IMG/VR virus record: IMGVR_UViG_3300043823_000198
Coordinates: 32,001 to 96,000 of that record
From: a virus
Length of the DNA stretch: 64,000 bases
Direction: 5' to 3' (one strand)
Positions 48,005 through 57,741 of this stretch are shown here, one piece after another (the stretch's first letter is position 1; the number at the start of each line of letters is the position of its first letter). The notes under the pieces were generated by a model that saw only the letters and a program-made list of their open reading frames with translations, did no database searches and was not told where the DNA came from. The position numbers and the translations under genes were made by a program.

Positions 48005-48910
48005 ATGAGTACCGTAAACGTATACTTTACGCAAGGAACAAGTGGTGAGCAAGAACTCATCGAGGATATTATCATTGAATCATTAAAGATTTATGGTAAT
48101 GAGGTTTTTTACATTCCAAGAACACTCGTTTCTTTGGACAATGTGCTCGGCGAAGATCGTTTATCTCAATTTAAAACAGCATTCCCAATTGAAATGTATT
48201 TTGAAAATGTTGATTCATTTAGTGGACAGGGTGCATTTATTCAGAAGTTCGGTTTAACTATTGAACAATCAGCTACACTTGTTGTTTCTCGTAGACGTTG
48301 GCAACAGTTTATTGGTCGCTATAATGTAACCAATATCCCAACAAGACCAAACGAAGGCGATTTAATCTATTTCCCACTATCAGGTGGATTGTTTGAAATT
48401 AAATTCGTGCAACACCAAGACCCATTCTATCAATTGGGTAAATTGTACGTATACAAACTACAGATTGAATTGTTCCAATATTCTTCAGAGTTTATCGATA
48501 CTGGTGTTCCTGAGATCGATGCGTTTGAAACTCTTAAGACTTTCAATACAAATGTTACACGAAATGGTTTCGGTGGAGTTGCTGCCATTACATTAACTAA
48601 TGGCGGATCTAATTATTCAGCTACTCCTACTATTATAATAACAAGCCCAACTGGTATTAATGCAGCTGCAACAGCAACTGTTACTAATGGCGTTATTACT
48701 GCGATTAATGTAACAAACGCAGGAACTGGATACCAAACAGCTCCTGTTATAACAATCACAGACACCACTGGGACTGGTGCGCTTGCAACAGCAAGTGTTG
48801 GTATTGACGTTGATCAATCAGATGGTTTCGGAGAAAATACTACATTTAAATCAGCTGCATCGCCAGTTTTGAGTTTCAGTGAAACTAATCCGTTCGGAGA
48901 AATACAATAA
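48005..48910 (+). CDS. gp14: Neck protein gp14
   Basis: EQELIEDIIIESLKIYG, RPNEGDLIYFP, PFYQLGK, FSETNPFGE. Confidence 0.95.
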   Translation: MSTVNVYFTQGTSGEQELIEDIIIESLKIYGNEVFYIPRTLVSLDNVLGEDRLSQFKTAFPIEMYFENVDSFSGQGAFIQKFGLTIEQSATLVVSRRRWQQFIGRYNVTNIPTRPNEGDLIYFPLSGGLFEIKFVQHQDPFYQLGKLYVYKLQIELFQYSSEFIDTGVPEIDAFETLKTFNTNVTRNGFGGVAAITLTNGGSNYSATPTIIITSPTGINAAATATVTNGVITAINVTNAGTGYQTAPVITITDTTGTGALATASVGIDVDQSDGFGENTTFKSAASPVLSFSETNPFGEIQ

Positions 48911-49656
48911 TGTTAAGCGGAAATGTTTACTATCATGGTTCTATAAGAAAAGCAATTGTAGCCTTTGGTCGCCTATTCAGCGATGTTTATATTGACCGCA
49001 GACAGGGCGACTCTGTCAACGGAACTGTTCTTGAACGTCTACAAATACCCATCACATATGCTCCAAAAGAGAAGTGGTTGGTGCGTATTGAACAACAACC
49101 AGATATTGAAAACAATGTCACAATGGTGTCATTACCAAGAATGTCGTTTGAGATAAATGGTTATCAATACGACTCTAATCGTAAACTTGGTAAGATGACT
49201 CAGATTAAAACATCTGGCACCACTACAACTCCAACAGTGTATACCCCAGTCCCTTACAATTTAGACCTTTCTTTGTATGTTATTACAAAAACTCAAGAAG
49301 ATGGTCTTCAAATTATTGAACAAATTCTTCCAACATTTACGCCAGAATACACACTTCAGGTTAACATGGTTCCTGAGATGGGTATTACTATGGACGTACC
49401 AATTATTTTAAATAGTGTACAGGTTGTTGATGAGTTTGATGGGAATTTCCAAGACAGAAGATATGTGACTCATACGCTAAATTTTGAAATGAAACTTAAT
49501 CTATATGGTCCAGTTAGTAATCAGGGTGTTATTACTCAGGTTAATGCTAATATTGGAGAAAACGAATCAACAGGAACGCAGACAATCTATACTGCCACTG
49601 GCGATGTTACTACAGCAACAGTAACATCGGAACAATGGACTGGTCAGGGGTTATAA
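48910..49656 (+). CDS. gp15: Tail sheath stabiliser/terminator gp15
   Basis: IRKAIVAFGRLF, PITYAPKEK, LPRMSFE, QIIEQILPTFTP. Confidence 0.95.
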   Translation: MLSGNVYYHGSIRKAIVAFGRLFSDVYIDRRQGDSVNGTVLERLQIPITYAPKEKWLVRIEQQPDIENNVTMVSLPRMSFEINGYQYDSNRKLGKMTQIKTSGTTTTPTVYTPVPYNLDLSLYVITKTQEDGLQIIEQILPTFTPEYTLQVNMVPEMGITMDVPIILNSVQVVDEFDGNFQDRRYVTHTLNFEMKLNLYGPVSNQGVITQVNANIGENESTGTQTIYTATGDVTTATVTSEQWTGQGL

Positions 49657-51234
49657 TTGGCTGAAATTTATAATTCGAATTCGAACTTAAAATCTGCTGG
49701 CGTTTCGTTTAATTTTACACCAGAACAAGTACAAGAGTATGTTAAGTGCGCTCAGGATTACATATACTTTATTGAAAACTATTGCTACATCGTTACACTT
49801 GACCATGGTCTACAGTTGTTCAAATTGTATGACTGTCAGAAAAATAAACTAAATGTAATCCATAATAATCGTAGAGTTATTCTTATGGAAGGACGTCAGC
49901 AGGGTAAAACGACAACTTCCGCTGCGTATATTTTATGGTACACTCTTTTCCAAGAAAGTAAAACAGTTGCTATTCTTGCCAATAAGGCAACTGCTGCTCG
50001 CGAGGTTTTGGATCGTTATCAAACTATGTATGAACAGCTTCCATCTTGGATGCAGGCTGGTGTCACTGGTTGGAACAAGGGTGATATCGAACTAGAAAAT
50101 GGTTCAAAGGTATTTACTGCTGCCACTGGTAAATCTGGTATTCGTGGTAAATCTGTTAACATGCTTTATGTTGACGAGGCTGCGATTATCCCAAACAATG
50201 TTGCCGAAGAATTTTTCACTTCCGTTTATCCAACTATTTCTGCTGGTCAAACAACTAAGATTCTACTGTCTTCAACTCCACTTGGTTATAACCATTTCTG
50301 GAAATTTTGGACAGATGCCGAAACAGGAAGAAATGGTTTCGTTCCACTATTCATCCCTTACTGGGAAATTCCAGGACGCGACGATAAATGGGCTGCTGAA
50401 CAAAAGGCGATGCTTGGTGAACTTAAATATAACCAAGAGGTTGCATGTAAATTCCTTGGTTCTAGTTTAACATTAGTATCTGCCGATGTTATTGCAAGAA
50501 TGCCAATTGATATAAAAATCTACGAGAAAGATGGTCTTGATGTATATGCAAGACCACAGGCTAAACATACATACTGTATAATAGCTGACGTAGCGAAAGG
50601 TGTTGGTGGAGACTATTCCGCATTCCAAGTAATTGATATCACAGAAGTTCCATATAGAATAGTTGCTAAATACAGAAACAATGAGATTAGTCCACTTTTG
50701 TATCCTAATGTGTTATACAAAGTTGGTAAAGAATATAATGAAGCGTATCTCTTAATTGAGATTAACGCAAGCGAACAGGTTGCGCATATTATTTACAACG
50801 AATTAGAGTATGAGAATATTTTGTTTGTAAATAGACACAATCAGGGTCAATATGTTGGTGGGGGTTTCGGTGGGGGTAAAACTCAACTCGGAGTTAACAC
50901 TGATAAAAAAGTAAAACGAATTGGTTGTCACAATTTTAAATCCTTGGTGGAAGAGAATAAACTTCTAATTATGGACGCTGATACTATTTCAGAAATCTCA
51001 ACTTTTATTGAGAAAAAAGGATCTTACGAAGCGGATGAAGGATATCATGATGACTTAGTTATGCCGTTGGTCTTGTTTGGTTGGCTTACAACACAGCCAT
51101 ATTTTAAAGACCTAAATAACATAAACCTTAGAGAGATTATGTATCAGAAACAGATTCAAGCAATTGAAGATGAACTGACTCCTTTTGGATTTTATGACGA
51201 TGGAAAAGGTGATTCAGACCCATTAAACTTTTGA
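49657..51234 (+). CDS. gp17: Terminase large subunit gp17
   Basis: TTG start; Walker A GRQQGKT, Walker B YVDEAA, SSTP.G, ADVAKGVGGDYS, HDDLVM. Confidence 0.97.
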   Translation: MAEIYNSNSNLKSAGVSFNFTPEQVQEYVKCAQDYIYFIENYCYIVTLDHGLQLFKLYDCQKNKLNVIHNNRRVILMEGRQQGKTTTSAAYILWYTLFQESKTVAILANKATAAREVLDRYQTMYEQLPSWMQAGVTGWNKGDIELENGSKVFTAATGKSGIRGKSVNMLYVDEAAIIPNNVAEEFFTSVYPTISAGQTTKILLSSTPLGYNHFWKFWTDAETGRNGFVPLFIPYWEIPGRDDKWAAEQKAMLGELKYNQEVACKFLGSSLTLVSADVIARMPIDIKIYEKDGLDVYARPQAKHTYCIIADVAKGVGGDYSAFQVIDITEVPYRIVAKYRNNEISPLLYPNVLYKVGKEYNEAYLLIEINASEQVAHIIYNELEYENILFVNRHNQGQYVGGGFGGGKTQLGVNTDKKVKRIGCHNFKSLVEENKLLIMDADTISEISTFIEKKGSYEADEGYHDDLVMPLVLFGWLTTQPYFKDLNNINLREIMYQKQIQAIEDELTPFGFYDDGKGDSDPLNF

Positions 51235-51248
51235 GAAAACCAATAAAA

Positions 51249-51256
51249 ACTAAATA
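51249..51256 (+). promoter_or_regulatory. Late promoter-like motif for gp18
   Basis: ACTAAATA, intergenic, followed by TAGACA/TGTCTA hairpin and AGGAG SD. Confidence 0.65.
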
Positions 51257-51312
51257 AATGGTAGACACGAATTTCTGTCTAAAGTAAAACTTATTAAACA
51301 AGGAGAATTACA

Positions 51313-53490
51313 ATGCCTTTTCAATTATCTCCAGGCGTTGCAGTCGTAGAAAAAGATTTCTCAGCGATCGTTCCAGCTATTTCTAGTTCAGCAGGTGCAT
51401 TCGTTGGCGCATTCCAATGGGGTCCAGTTATGGCTCCGACTCAAGTTGTTTCCGAAAACGACTTAGTTAATCAGTTTGGTCAACCAAATGATTTAAATTG
51501 CACATCTTTCTTTACTGCAGCTAACTTCCTAAGCTACACTAATAATATGTTAGTGGTTCGTGCTGACACTGCAGGGCAACGTAACGCTGTTGCGTCACAA
51601 TCTGGTGGTATTACTTCTATCGTTAAAACTTCTGCTGGAACTGGATATACTTCAGTACCAACAGTAACTATTAGCGCACCAAATGTTACTGGTGGTATTC
51701 AAGCAACTGCCACTGTTACTTTAACAGGTGGTGGTGTTACTGCCGTTGCTATTTCTGCTGGTGGTACTGGTTATACTGGAACTCCAACTGTTGTGTTTAG
51801 CGCACCTCAGGTTAGCGGTGGAACTACTGCTACTGGTACTGTAACAACTTCTGCTGGTGTTATTACTGGTATAACTATTACTAATGCAGGTTCTGGTTAT
51901 ACTTCTGCTCCTACTGCCACTATTACTGGTGTTGGTACTGGTGTTGTTATCGGAACAATCACTATTTCTGGTAGTGGTATCAACACTATCACTATTACTA
52001 ATGCAGGTTCTGGTTATACTACTAACCCAACAGTTACTGTTACTGGCGGTAATGGAAGTGGTGCTGTATTAACTGCAACTGCAACTGAATCTGGTGTTAA
52101 GATTAACAACAATACAGTTTATCTAACTGAATTCTCTACTGGTCAGGGAACATATGGTTCTTTTGCTGCCAAGTATCCAGGTTCTCTAGGTAACTCTATT
52201 CAAGTTCAATTGGTTGATTCTGCTTCTTATACTGGTTGGCAGTATGCCTCTAGCTTCCCAGTTGCTCCAGGAACTTCTAACTACGCTGCTGGTGTTGGTG
52301 GATCTAATGATGAATTGCATGCTGTTGTTATTGACGAATTAGGATTATGGACTGGTACTCCTGGTACTGTTCTAGAAACTTTTGCGTTTATGTCTAAGGC
52401 TTCTGATGCAGTTGGTTCAGATGGTACTAATGAATACTACGTAAACGTACTTAACGCACAATCAAACTACATTTGGTGGATGGATCATCCACAAGGTGTT
52501 GGCACTAACTGGGGTAATACTGCTCATAACACTTCATTCTCTCAAACAACTACTGGTACTCCATTGGTATTCCAATTATCAGGTGGTGTTGACGACTACG
52601 CTCTAACTGATGCTATGTTAGAAAATGGTTGGGCTTTATTCCTAGATGATGCTACTTACGACATCAATCTATGCCCACTAGGCGCTGCTTCTTCTAACGT
52701 GGCAAACTACGTTATTAACAACATCGCTGAAGTTCGTCTAGACTGCGTTGTATTCTGCTCTCCACAAAACTCTGATGGTTCACCAATCATCGGTTCTGGT
52801 TCAGCTGCAACTACTCCAATGATCGCTTACCGTAACGCTCTTCCAAGCACTTCTTATGGTGTTATGGACTCTGGTTGGAAATATCAGTATGATCGTTATA
52901 ACGATAAGTATCGTTTTGTTCCATTGAACGGCGATATTGCTGGTCTATGTGCTCGTACTGATTACACTAATGACCCATGGTTCTCACCAGCTGGTCTAAA
53001 TCGTGGTCAGATTAAGAATGTTGTTAAGTTGGCAGTTAACCCATCTCAAGCTGATCGCGATACTCTATACTCTGCTGGTATTAATCCTGTTGTTACATTC
53101 CCAGGAGACGGTACAGTTCTATTCGGCGACAAGACTTTAATGGCTAAACCAAGCGCATTTGATCGTATTAACGTTCGTCGCTTGTTCATCGTTCTTGAGA
53201 AATCAATTGCAACTGCTGCTAAATTCCAGTTGTTCGAATTTAACGACAGCTTCACTCAAGCTCAGTTCAACAACCTAGTAACTCCATTCCTACGCATTGT
53301 TCAAGGTCGTCGTGGTATTACTGATTTCTTGGTTGTTTGTGATGGAACTAATAATACACCTGACGTTATAGACGCAAATCAATTCGTTGGTGATATTTAC
53401 ATCAAGCCAAATCGTTCTATCAACTTTATTACTCTGAACTTTATTGCTGCTCGCTCTTCAGTAAGTTTTACTGAACTTGCAGGTGGTTAA
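51313..53490 (+). CDS. gp18: Tail sheath gp18
   Basis: QLSPGV..EKD, FQWGP, WFSPAGLNRG, FDRINVRRLF, KPNRSINFI. Confidence 0.97.
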   Translation: MPFQLSPGVAVVEKDFSAIVPAISSSAGAFVGAFQWGPVMAPTQVVSENDLVNQFGQPNDLNCTSFFTAANFLSYTNNMLVVRADTAGQRNAVASQSGGITSIVKTSAGTGYTSVPTVTISAPNVTGGIQATATVTLTGGGVTAVAISAGGTGYTGTPTVVFSAPQVSGGTTATGTVTTSAGVITGITITNAGSGYTSAPTATITGVGTGVVIGTITISGSGINTITITNAGSGYTTNPTVTVTGGNGSGAVLTATATESGVKINNNTVYLTEFSTGQGTYGSFAAKYPGSLGNSIQVQLVDSASYTGWQYASSFPVAPGTSNYAAGVGGSNDELHAVVIDELGLWTGTPGTVLETFAFMSKASDAVGSDGTNEYYVNVLNAQSNYIWWMDHPQGVGTNWGNTAHNTSFSQTTTGTPLVFQLSGGVDDYALTDAMLENGWALFLDDATYDINLCPLGAASSNVANYVINNIAEVRLDCVVFCSPQNSDGSPIIGSGSAATTPMIAYRNALPSTSYGVMDSGWKYQYDRYNDKYRFVPLNGDIAGLCARTDYTNDPWFSPAGLNRGQIKNVVKLAVNPSQADRDTLYSAGINPVVTFPGDGTVLFGDKTLMAKPSAFDRINVRRLFIVLEKSIATAAKFQLFEFNDSFTQAQFNNLVTPFLRIVQGRRGITDFLVVCDGTNNTPDVIDANQFVGDIYIKPNRSINFITLNFIAARSSVSFTELAGG

Positions 53491-53531
53491 TTCGAAGATA
53501 AATAAAGAAGAAGAATAACAAGGAGATATAA

Positions 53532-54125
53532 ATGGCAAATATTGCTGATTTCAAAGCCCAGATGATTGGTGGGGGTGCTCGCCCTAACCAATTCTACGTG
53601 CAGTTAACTTTCCCAACTTTCGTAACTCTTGGAGCTGTTGCTGGGCAAAGAGCACAGTTCCTATGTAAAGCTGCTCAACTACCAGCTTCTACTATTGAAA
53701 ACATCGGTCTATTATACAAGGGTCGTCCAGTAAATTTCGCTGGCGAACGTACATTCCAACCATGGACTGTAACAATTTATAACGATACTAGTTTCGGTAT
53801 CCGTAATGCCCTTGAGCAATGGCAGTCTGGCATTCAAAATTACGACACAACAGATGGTCGCGTAAACCCAGTTGATTACCAAGTTGACTTGGCTGTTTAT
53901 CAATTAGATCGTTCTGGTTCAATTATTAAGACTTACAACTTTGTTGACGCATTCCCAACTAACATTTCCGCTATTGGTTTGGATTACGAACAACAAAATG
54001 CAATTGAACAGTTTGACGTAGAATTCCAATACAACTACTTCACTTCTGATACTGGTGCTCAGTCTGGATTTGGTGCTTCTGCGGCGGTAAATACCCCACT
54101 AGGCACTTTCCCAGTCAGCACTTAA
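53532..54125 (+). CDS. gp19: Tail tube gp19
   Basis: GGGARPNQF, CKAAQLP, AGERTF.PWTVT, FPTNIS.I; ATAAATA upstream at 53498. Confidence 0.96.
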   Translation: MANIADFKAQMIGGGARPNQFYVQLTFPTFVTLGAVAGQRAQFLCKAAQLPASTIENIGLLYKGRPVNFAGERTFQPWTVTIYNDTSFGIRNALEQWQSGIQNYDTTDGRVNPVDYQVDLAVYQLDRSGSIIKTYNFVDAFPTNISAIGLDYEQQNAIEQFDVEFQYNYFTSDTGAQSGFGASAAVNTPLGTFPVST

Positions 54126-54147
54126 TTTTAACTGAAGGTCTTATATA

Positions 54148-55737
54148 ATGCAACTATTTGGTTTCGAGATATTACGTAAAAAAGATAGGGGCGTTGATAC
54201 AATCGTATCTCCGTCTCCATCCGATGGATCGACCGTAATCAACACTGGCGTAAATGCTGGTGGGTATTATGGTATGGTCATGGATCTTGATGGTGTTATC
54301 AAGAATGAAAATGATTTAATTAGACGTTATCGTGAGATCTCTCAATATAGCGATTGTGACAATGCAATTGAAGACATTGTTTCTGAGTGTATTGTTTATG
54401 ATGAAGAAGATCAAACAGTTACAATCAATTTAGATGATACCAATTTATCTGAAACGATTAAGAAAAAAGTTCGCGACGAATTTAATAAAGTTTTAAAGTT
54501 ATTAAAATTTTCTGAAAAGGGGCATGATATTTTCCGTTCATGGTATATTGACGGAAGAATTTATTATCATGTTCTTCTTGATGAGAAAAATTTAAAAGCT
54601 GGTATTCAAGAGTTACGTTACATTGATCCACGTAAAATTCGTAGAATTAAGAACGTAATTAAAGAGAGAACTCCGCGAGGAGTTGAAGTCGTTAAACAGA
54701 TCGAAGAATTTTATCTGTATAATGACAAAGGTATTACTGAGCAGACAACTCAAGGTGTTAAACTGTCACTAGATTCTGTTGTTTATGTACCATCAGGATA
54801 CATGGACGCAAATACTGGTATGATGATGTCTTATCTACATAAGGCAATTAAACCAGTGAACCAACTAAAAATGTTAGAAGACTCAATGGTCATCTATCGT
54901 ATTAGTCGTGCTCCTGAACGTAGAATTTTCTACGTTGACGTTGGTAATCTACCAAAAATTAAAGCCGAACAGTACGTAAACGACATTATGAATAAATTTC
55001 GTAATAAGATTGTTTATGATGCTGACACAGGCGAAACAAGAAACGATCGTCGCCATCTGTCAATGATGGAAGATTTCTGGATGCCTCGTCGCGAGGGTGG
55101 TAAAGGAACTGAAATTACTACACTTCCAGGTGGCCAAAACTTGGGTCAGATCGAAGATATCGAATACTTCCAAAAGAAATTGTATCATGCTCTAAACGTA
55201 CCTATTGGTCGTATGCAAGAGCAACAAGGCTTCAGCATTGGTCGTTCTCAAGAAATTAGTCGCGATGAAGTAAAGTTCAATAAATTCATTGTGCGTATTC
55301 GTAATAAATTTGCATCATTATTTACTGAAGCATTACGAGTTCAATTAATTGCAAAAAATATAATTCTTCCTGAAGAATGGGATGATATTGCAGCAGATAT
55401 TCGTTATAATTATGTTGAGGATAATCATTACGCTGAATTAAAAGATGCTGAAGTGATGGGTGGTCGTTTAGCATTACTTCAACAAATTGAACCATATCTC
55501 GGTAAATTCTATTCTATGGACTGGGTTCGTAGAAATGTTCTTCAACTTACAGAAGATGAGATTGAAGAAATGCAGAAGGAAATGGATTCAGAAGAAGAAT
55601 ATCATATGGATAATGCTGAGCGAGATGGTATTGTTGCTGGTGCTACGCAAGCAGCTCAACAAAATTATTTACAGAAATACGCACCACAGGCAGCTGAAGC
55701 ACCAACTGGTGATGCACCTCTGCCAATGGGTCAATAA
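54148..55737 (+). CDS. gp20: Portal gp20
   Basis: LFGF, WYIDGR, IDPRKI, RAPERRIFYVDVGNLPK, EDFWMPRREGGKGTEITTLPGG. Confidence 0.98.
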   Translation: MQLFGFEILRKKDRGVDTIVSPSPSDGSTVINTGVNAGGYYGMVMDLDGVIKNENDLIRRYREISQYSDCDNAIEDIVSECIVYDEEDQTVTINLDDTNLSETIKKKVRDEFNKVLKLLKFSEKGHDIFRSWYIDGRIYYHVLLDEKNLKAGIQELRYIDPRKIRRIKNVIKERTPRGVEVVKQIEEFYLYNDKGITEQTTQGVKLSLDSVVYVPSGYMDANTGMMMSYLHKAIKPVNQLKMLEDSMVIYRISRAPERRIFYVDVGNLPKIKAEQYVNDIMNKFRNKIVYDADTGETRNDRRHLSMMEDFWMPRREGGKGTEITTLPGGQNLGQIEDIEYFQKKLYHALNVPIGRMQEQQGFSIGRSQEISRDEVKFNKFIVRIRNKFASLFTEALRVQLIAKNIILPEEWDDIAADIRYNYVEDNHYAELKDAEVMGGRLALLQQIEPYLGKFYSMDWVRRNVLQLTEDEIEEMQKEMDSEEEYHMDNAERDGIVAGATQAAQQNYLQKYAPQAAEAPTGDAPLPMGQ

Positions 55738-55752
55738 TTAAAGGAGAATAAT

Positions 55753-56088
55753 ATGAGCACAACTTTAGATTTGGTACACGCTATTATCAACAAAGACGCA
55801 GTTGCAACTGAAACTGCATTTAATGCAGCAATGGCAGAAAGAATTTCTGCAAATATCGATACACTAAGAACAGATATTGCCCAATCAATGTTTAATACTG
55901 TTAGCGAAGAAGACCTATCTGAAAAGAACTGGATCGCTGGGGCAATCAAGCACCCAGGAGCTGAAACAAAAGCTGCACATAAAGCTGGTGAATCTACTCA
56001 TGAGTATATGGAAAAACATAAACATGATTCTGGTAAAGCAGGTAAGCGTGCTCGTCTTGGTTTAACCTTATCTAAACTGAATAAGTAA
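55753..56088 (+). CDS. Prohead core protein (gp67-like) with basic C-terminal extension
   Basis: Position after portal; helical N-half; C-half KNWIAGAIKHPG..GKRARL. Confidence 0.6.
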   Translation: MSTTLDLVHAIINKDAVATETAFNAAMAERISANIDTLRTDIAQSMFNTVSEEDLSEKNWIAGAIKHPGAETKAAHKAGESTHEYMEKHKHDSGKAGKRARLGLTLSKLNK

Positions 56089-56552
56089 TGCAGTACAGTC
56101 AGTTTATTTCTTCTCTAAAAAATACTTCTGGATATAAAACATTAGAAGAAGCGAAGAAACACACTAAAGAAACAACGCAAAAACAAAAGCTGGCAGAGGC
56201 AATCGCTAAAGATAATTATCAAGAAATTTCAGAACATACTATTGCCAGTATTATTAAAGAATATCACGAAGTTAAAGTTACCGATACGCTAATTGAATCA
56301 TATTTAGATTTCGCTTCTTCTAATACGTTTACTATTGATCCAGTTGTTCATAAGATTCGTTCTTTGAATAAACTTGATAGAGTTGTTGAAGGTAAGTTAC
56401 ACTACGTGCTTACTGATGGTTCTACAGTTGCAATAAACGAGGCAACACAAGATAACCTAAATAAATTATTGGAAAATGAAAAAGAGATTATCGAGTTCAT
56501 GAGAGAATCTAAAGAAAATTTCTTTTATGTGCTTGAACAAATAGAGGAATAA
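56088..56552 (+). CDS. Hypothetical protein, possibly prohead core (gp68 position)
   Basis: 154 aa between portal and protease; LTDGSTV..MRESKENF. Confidence 0.6.
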   Translation: MQYSQFISSLKNTSGYKTLEEAKKHTKETTQKQKLAEAIAKDNYQEISEHTIASIIKEYHEVKVTDTLIESYLDFASSNTFTIDPVVHKIRSLNKLDRVVEGKLHYVLTDGSTVAINEATQDNLNKLLENEKEIIEFMRESKENFFYVLEQIEE

Positions 56553-56554
56553 AA

Positions 56555-57043
56555 ATGGCTGTTTTATTTACAACTGTTAAAAACACAAACCAAGAAGTAA
56601 TCATCCACTTTGATACAGTGGCTGCTGAAACTGGTACAATCGCATTAAACACACTTGGGGCTGCTACTCAAACTCTAACTCCAGGAGGCACTCCCACTGT
56701 TAATATCGTTAAGTTCTTCTCTACAGGTGAACTTGGCGCTGGTCTAAGAATTACTCGTAACAGTGGCGCTAAAAACATTATCGCATGCGCACCAGAAAAC
56801 GCACCATTCTTGGATTTAAATTCAAATGGTTTTTCTGACACAACTTATAACACAACTGACATTCAAGTAACTAACGATGTTGCTAAACCAGTAACTGGTT
56901 ATCTAGTTCTACGTAAAGTTTCAGGTTGGGATACTAATGTTGAAACTGCATGGTACGGTGCTTATGACGATCCAACTGTTGTTGGCGCTTCTTCAACTTT
57001 ATCTGGTAGTCCAGGCGCTCCAGGTGCAACTCCAATAGGTTAA
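56555..57043 (+). CDS. Hypothetical virion protein
   Basis: GAGGA SD; beta-rich, GYLVLRKVSG; located in head module. Confidence 0.65.
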   Translation: MAVLFTTVKNTNQEVIIHFDTVAAETGTIALNTLGAATQTLTPGGTPTVNIVKFFSTGELGAGLRITRNSGAKNIIACAPENAPFLDLNSNGFSDTTYNTTDIQVTNDVAKPVTGYLVLRKVSGWDTNVETAWYGAYDDPTVVGASSTLSGSPGAPGATPIG

Positions 57044-57046
57044 TAG

Positions 57047-57700
57047 ATGAAACTAATTAGAGAAGAGTTTAACGATACTCATCTTATCGTTGAAGAAAAA
57101 TTAGGTAAAGGTAAAACATACTTCATTGAAGGTGTTTTCCTTCAATCTGAACTTGTTAACCGTAATGGTCGTATGTACAAAGAAAGCACAATGGATCGCG
57201 AAGTAAGTCGCTATCTAAAAGAAGCTGTTCTATGTAATCGTGCGTATGGCGAACTTGGTCATCCAGAAGGTCCAGGTATTAACCTTGATCGCGTATCACA
57301 CATTATTACTTCATTACGTAAAGAAGGCACAAACTATATTGGTCGTGCCAAAATTTTAGAAACCCCAATGGGTAACATCGCTCGTGGTCTCTTAGAGGGC
57401 GGTGCGAACCTTGGAGTTTCAAGCAGAGCAATGGGATCACTCGTTCAAAATAACGAAGGTGTTCAAATTGTTCAAGACGATTTTCATCTAGCAACTGCTG
57501 CTGATATCGTCGCTGATCCTTCTGCTCCAGATGCTTACGTACGTGGCATTATGGAAGGTAAGGAGTGGACATTTGTTGATGGAAAGTTTGTGGAACAAAA
57601 CATTGAAGAGACTAAAAAGTTTATTAAGAAAACTTCTTCTAGAAAATTAGAAGAAGCAAAAATTCTGGCTTTCCAACACTTTCTGAGCAAAATCAGATAA
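57047..57700 (+). CDS. gp21: Prohead protease gp21
   Basis: MKLIRE, NRNGRMY, GELGHP, GVSSRAMGS, DIVADPSAPDA. Confidence 0.97.
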   Translation: MKLIREEFNDTHLIVEEKLGKGKTYFIEGVFLQSELVNRNGRMYKESTMDREVSRYLKEAVLCNRAYGELGHPEGPGINLDRVSHIITSLRKEGTNYIGRAKILETPMGNIARGLLEGGANLGVSSRAMGSLVQNNEGVQIVQDDFHLATAADIVADPSAPDAYVRGIMEGKEWTFVDGKFVEQNIEETKKFIKKTSSRKLEEAKILAFQHFLSKIR

Positions 57701-57702
57701 TT

Positions 57703-57710
57703 TATAAATA
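57703..57710 (+). promoter_or_regulatory. T4 late promoter
   Basis: Perfect intergenic TATAAATA before gp22. Confidence 0.8.
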
Positions 57711-57741
57711 ATTACAGAACTATCCAGTTAGGAGAATAACA

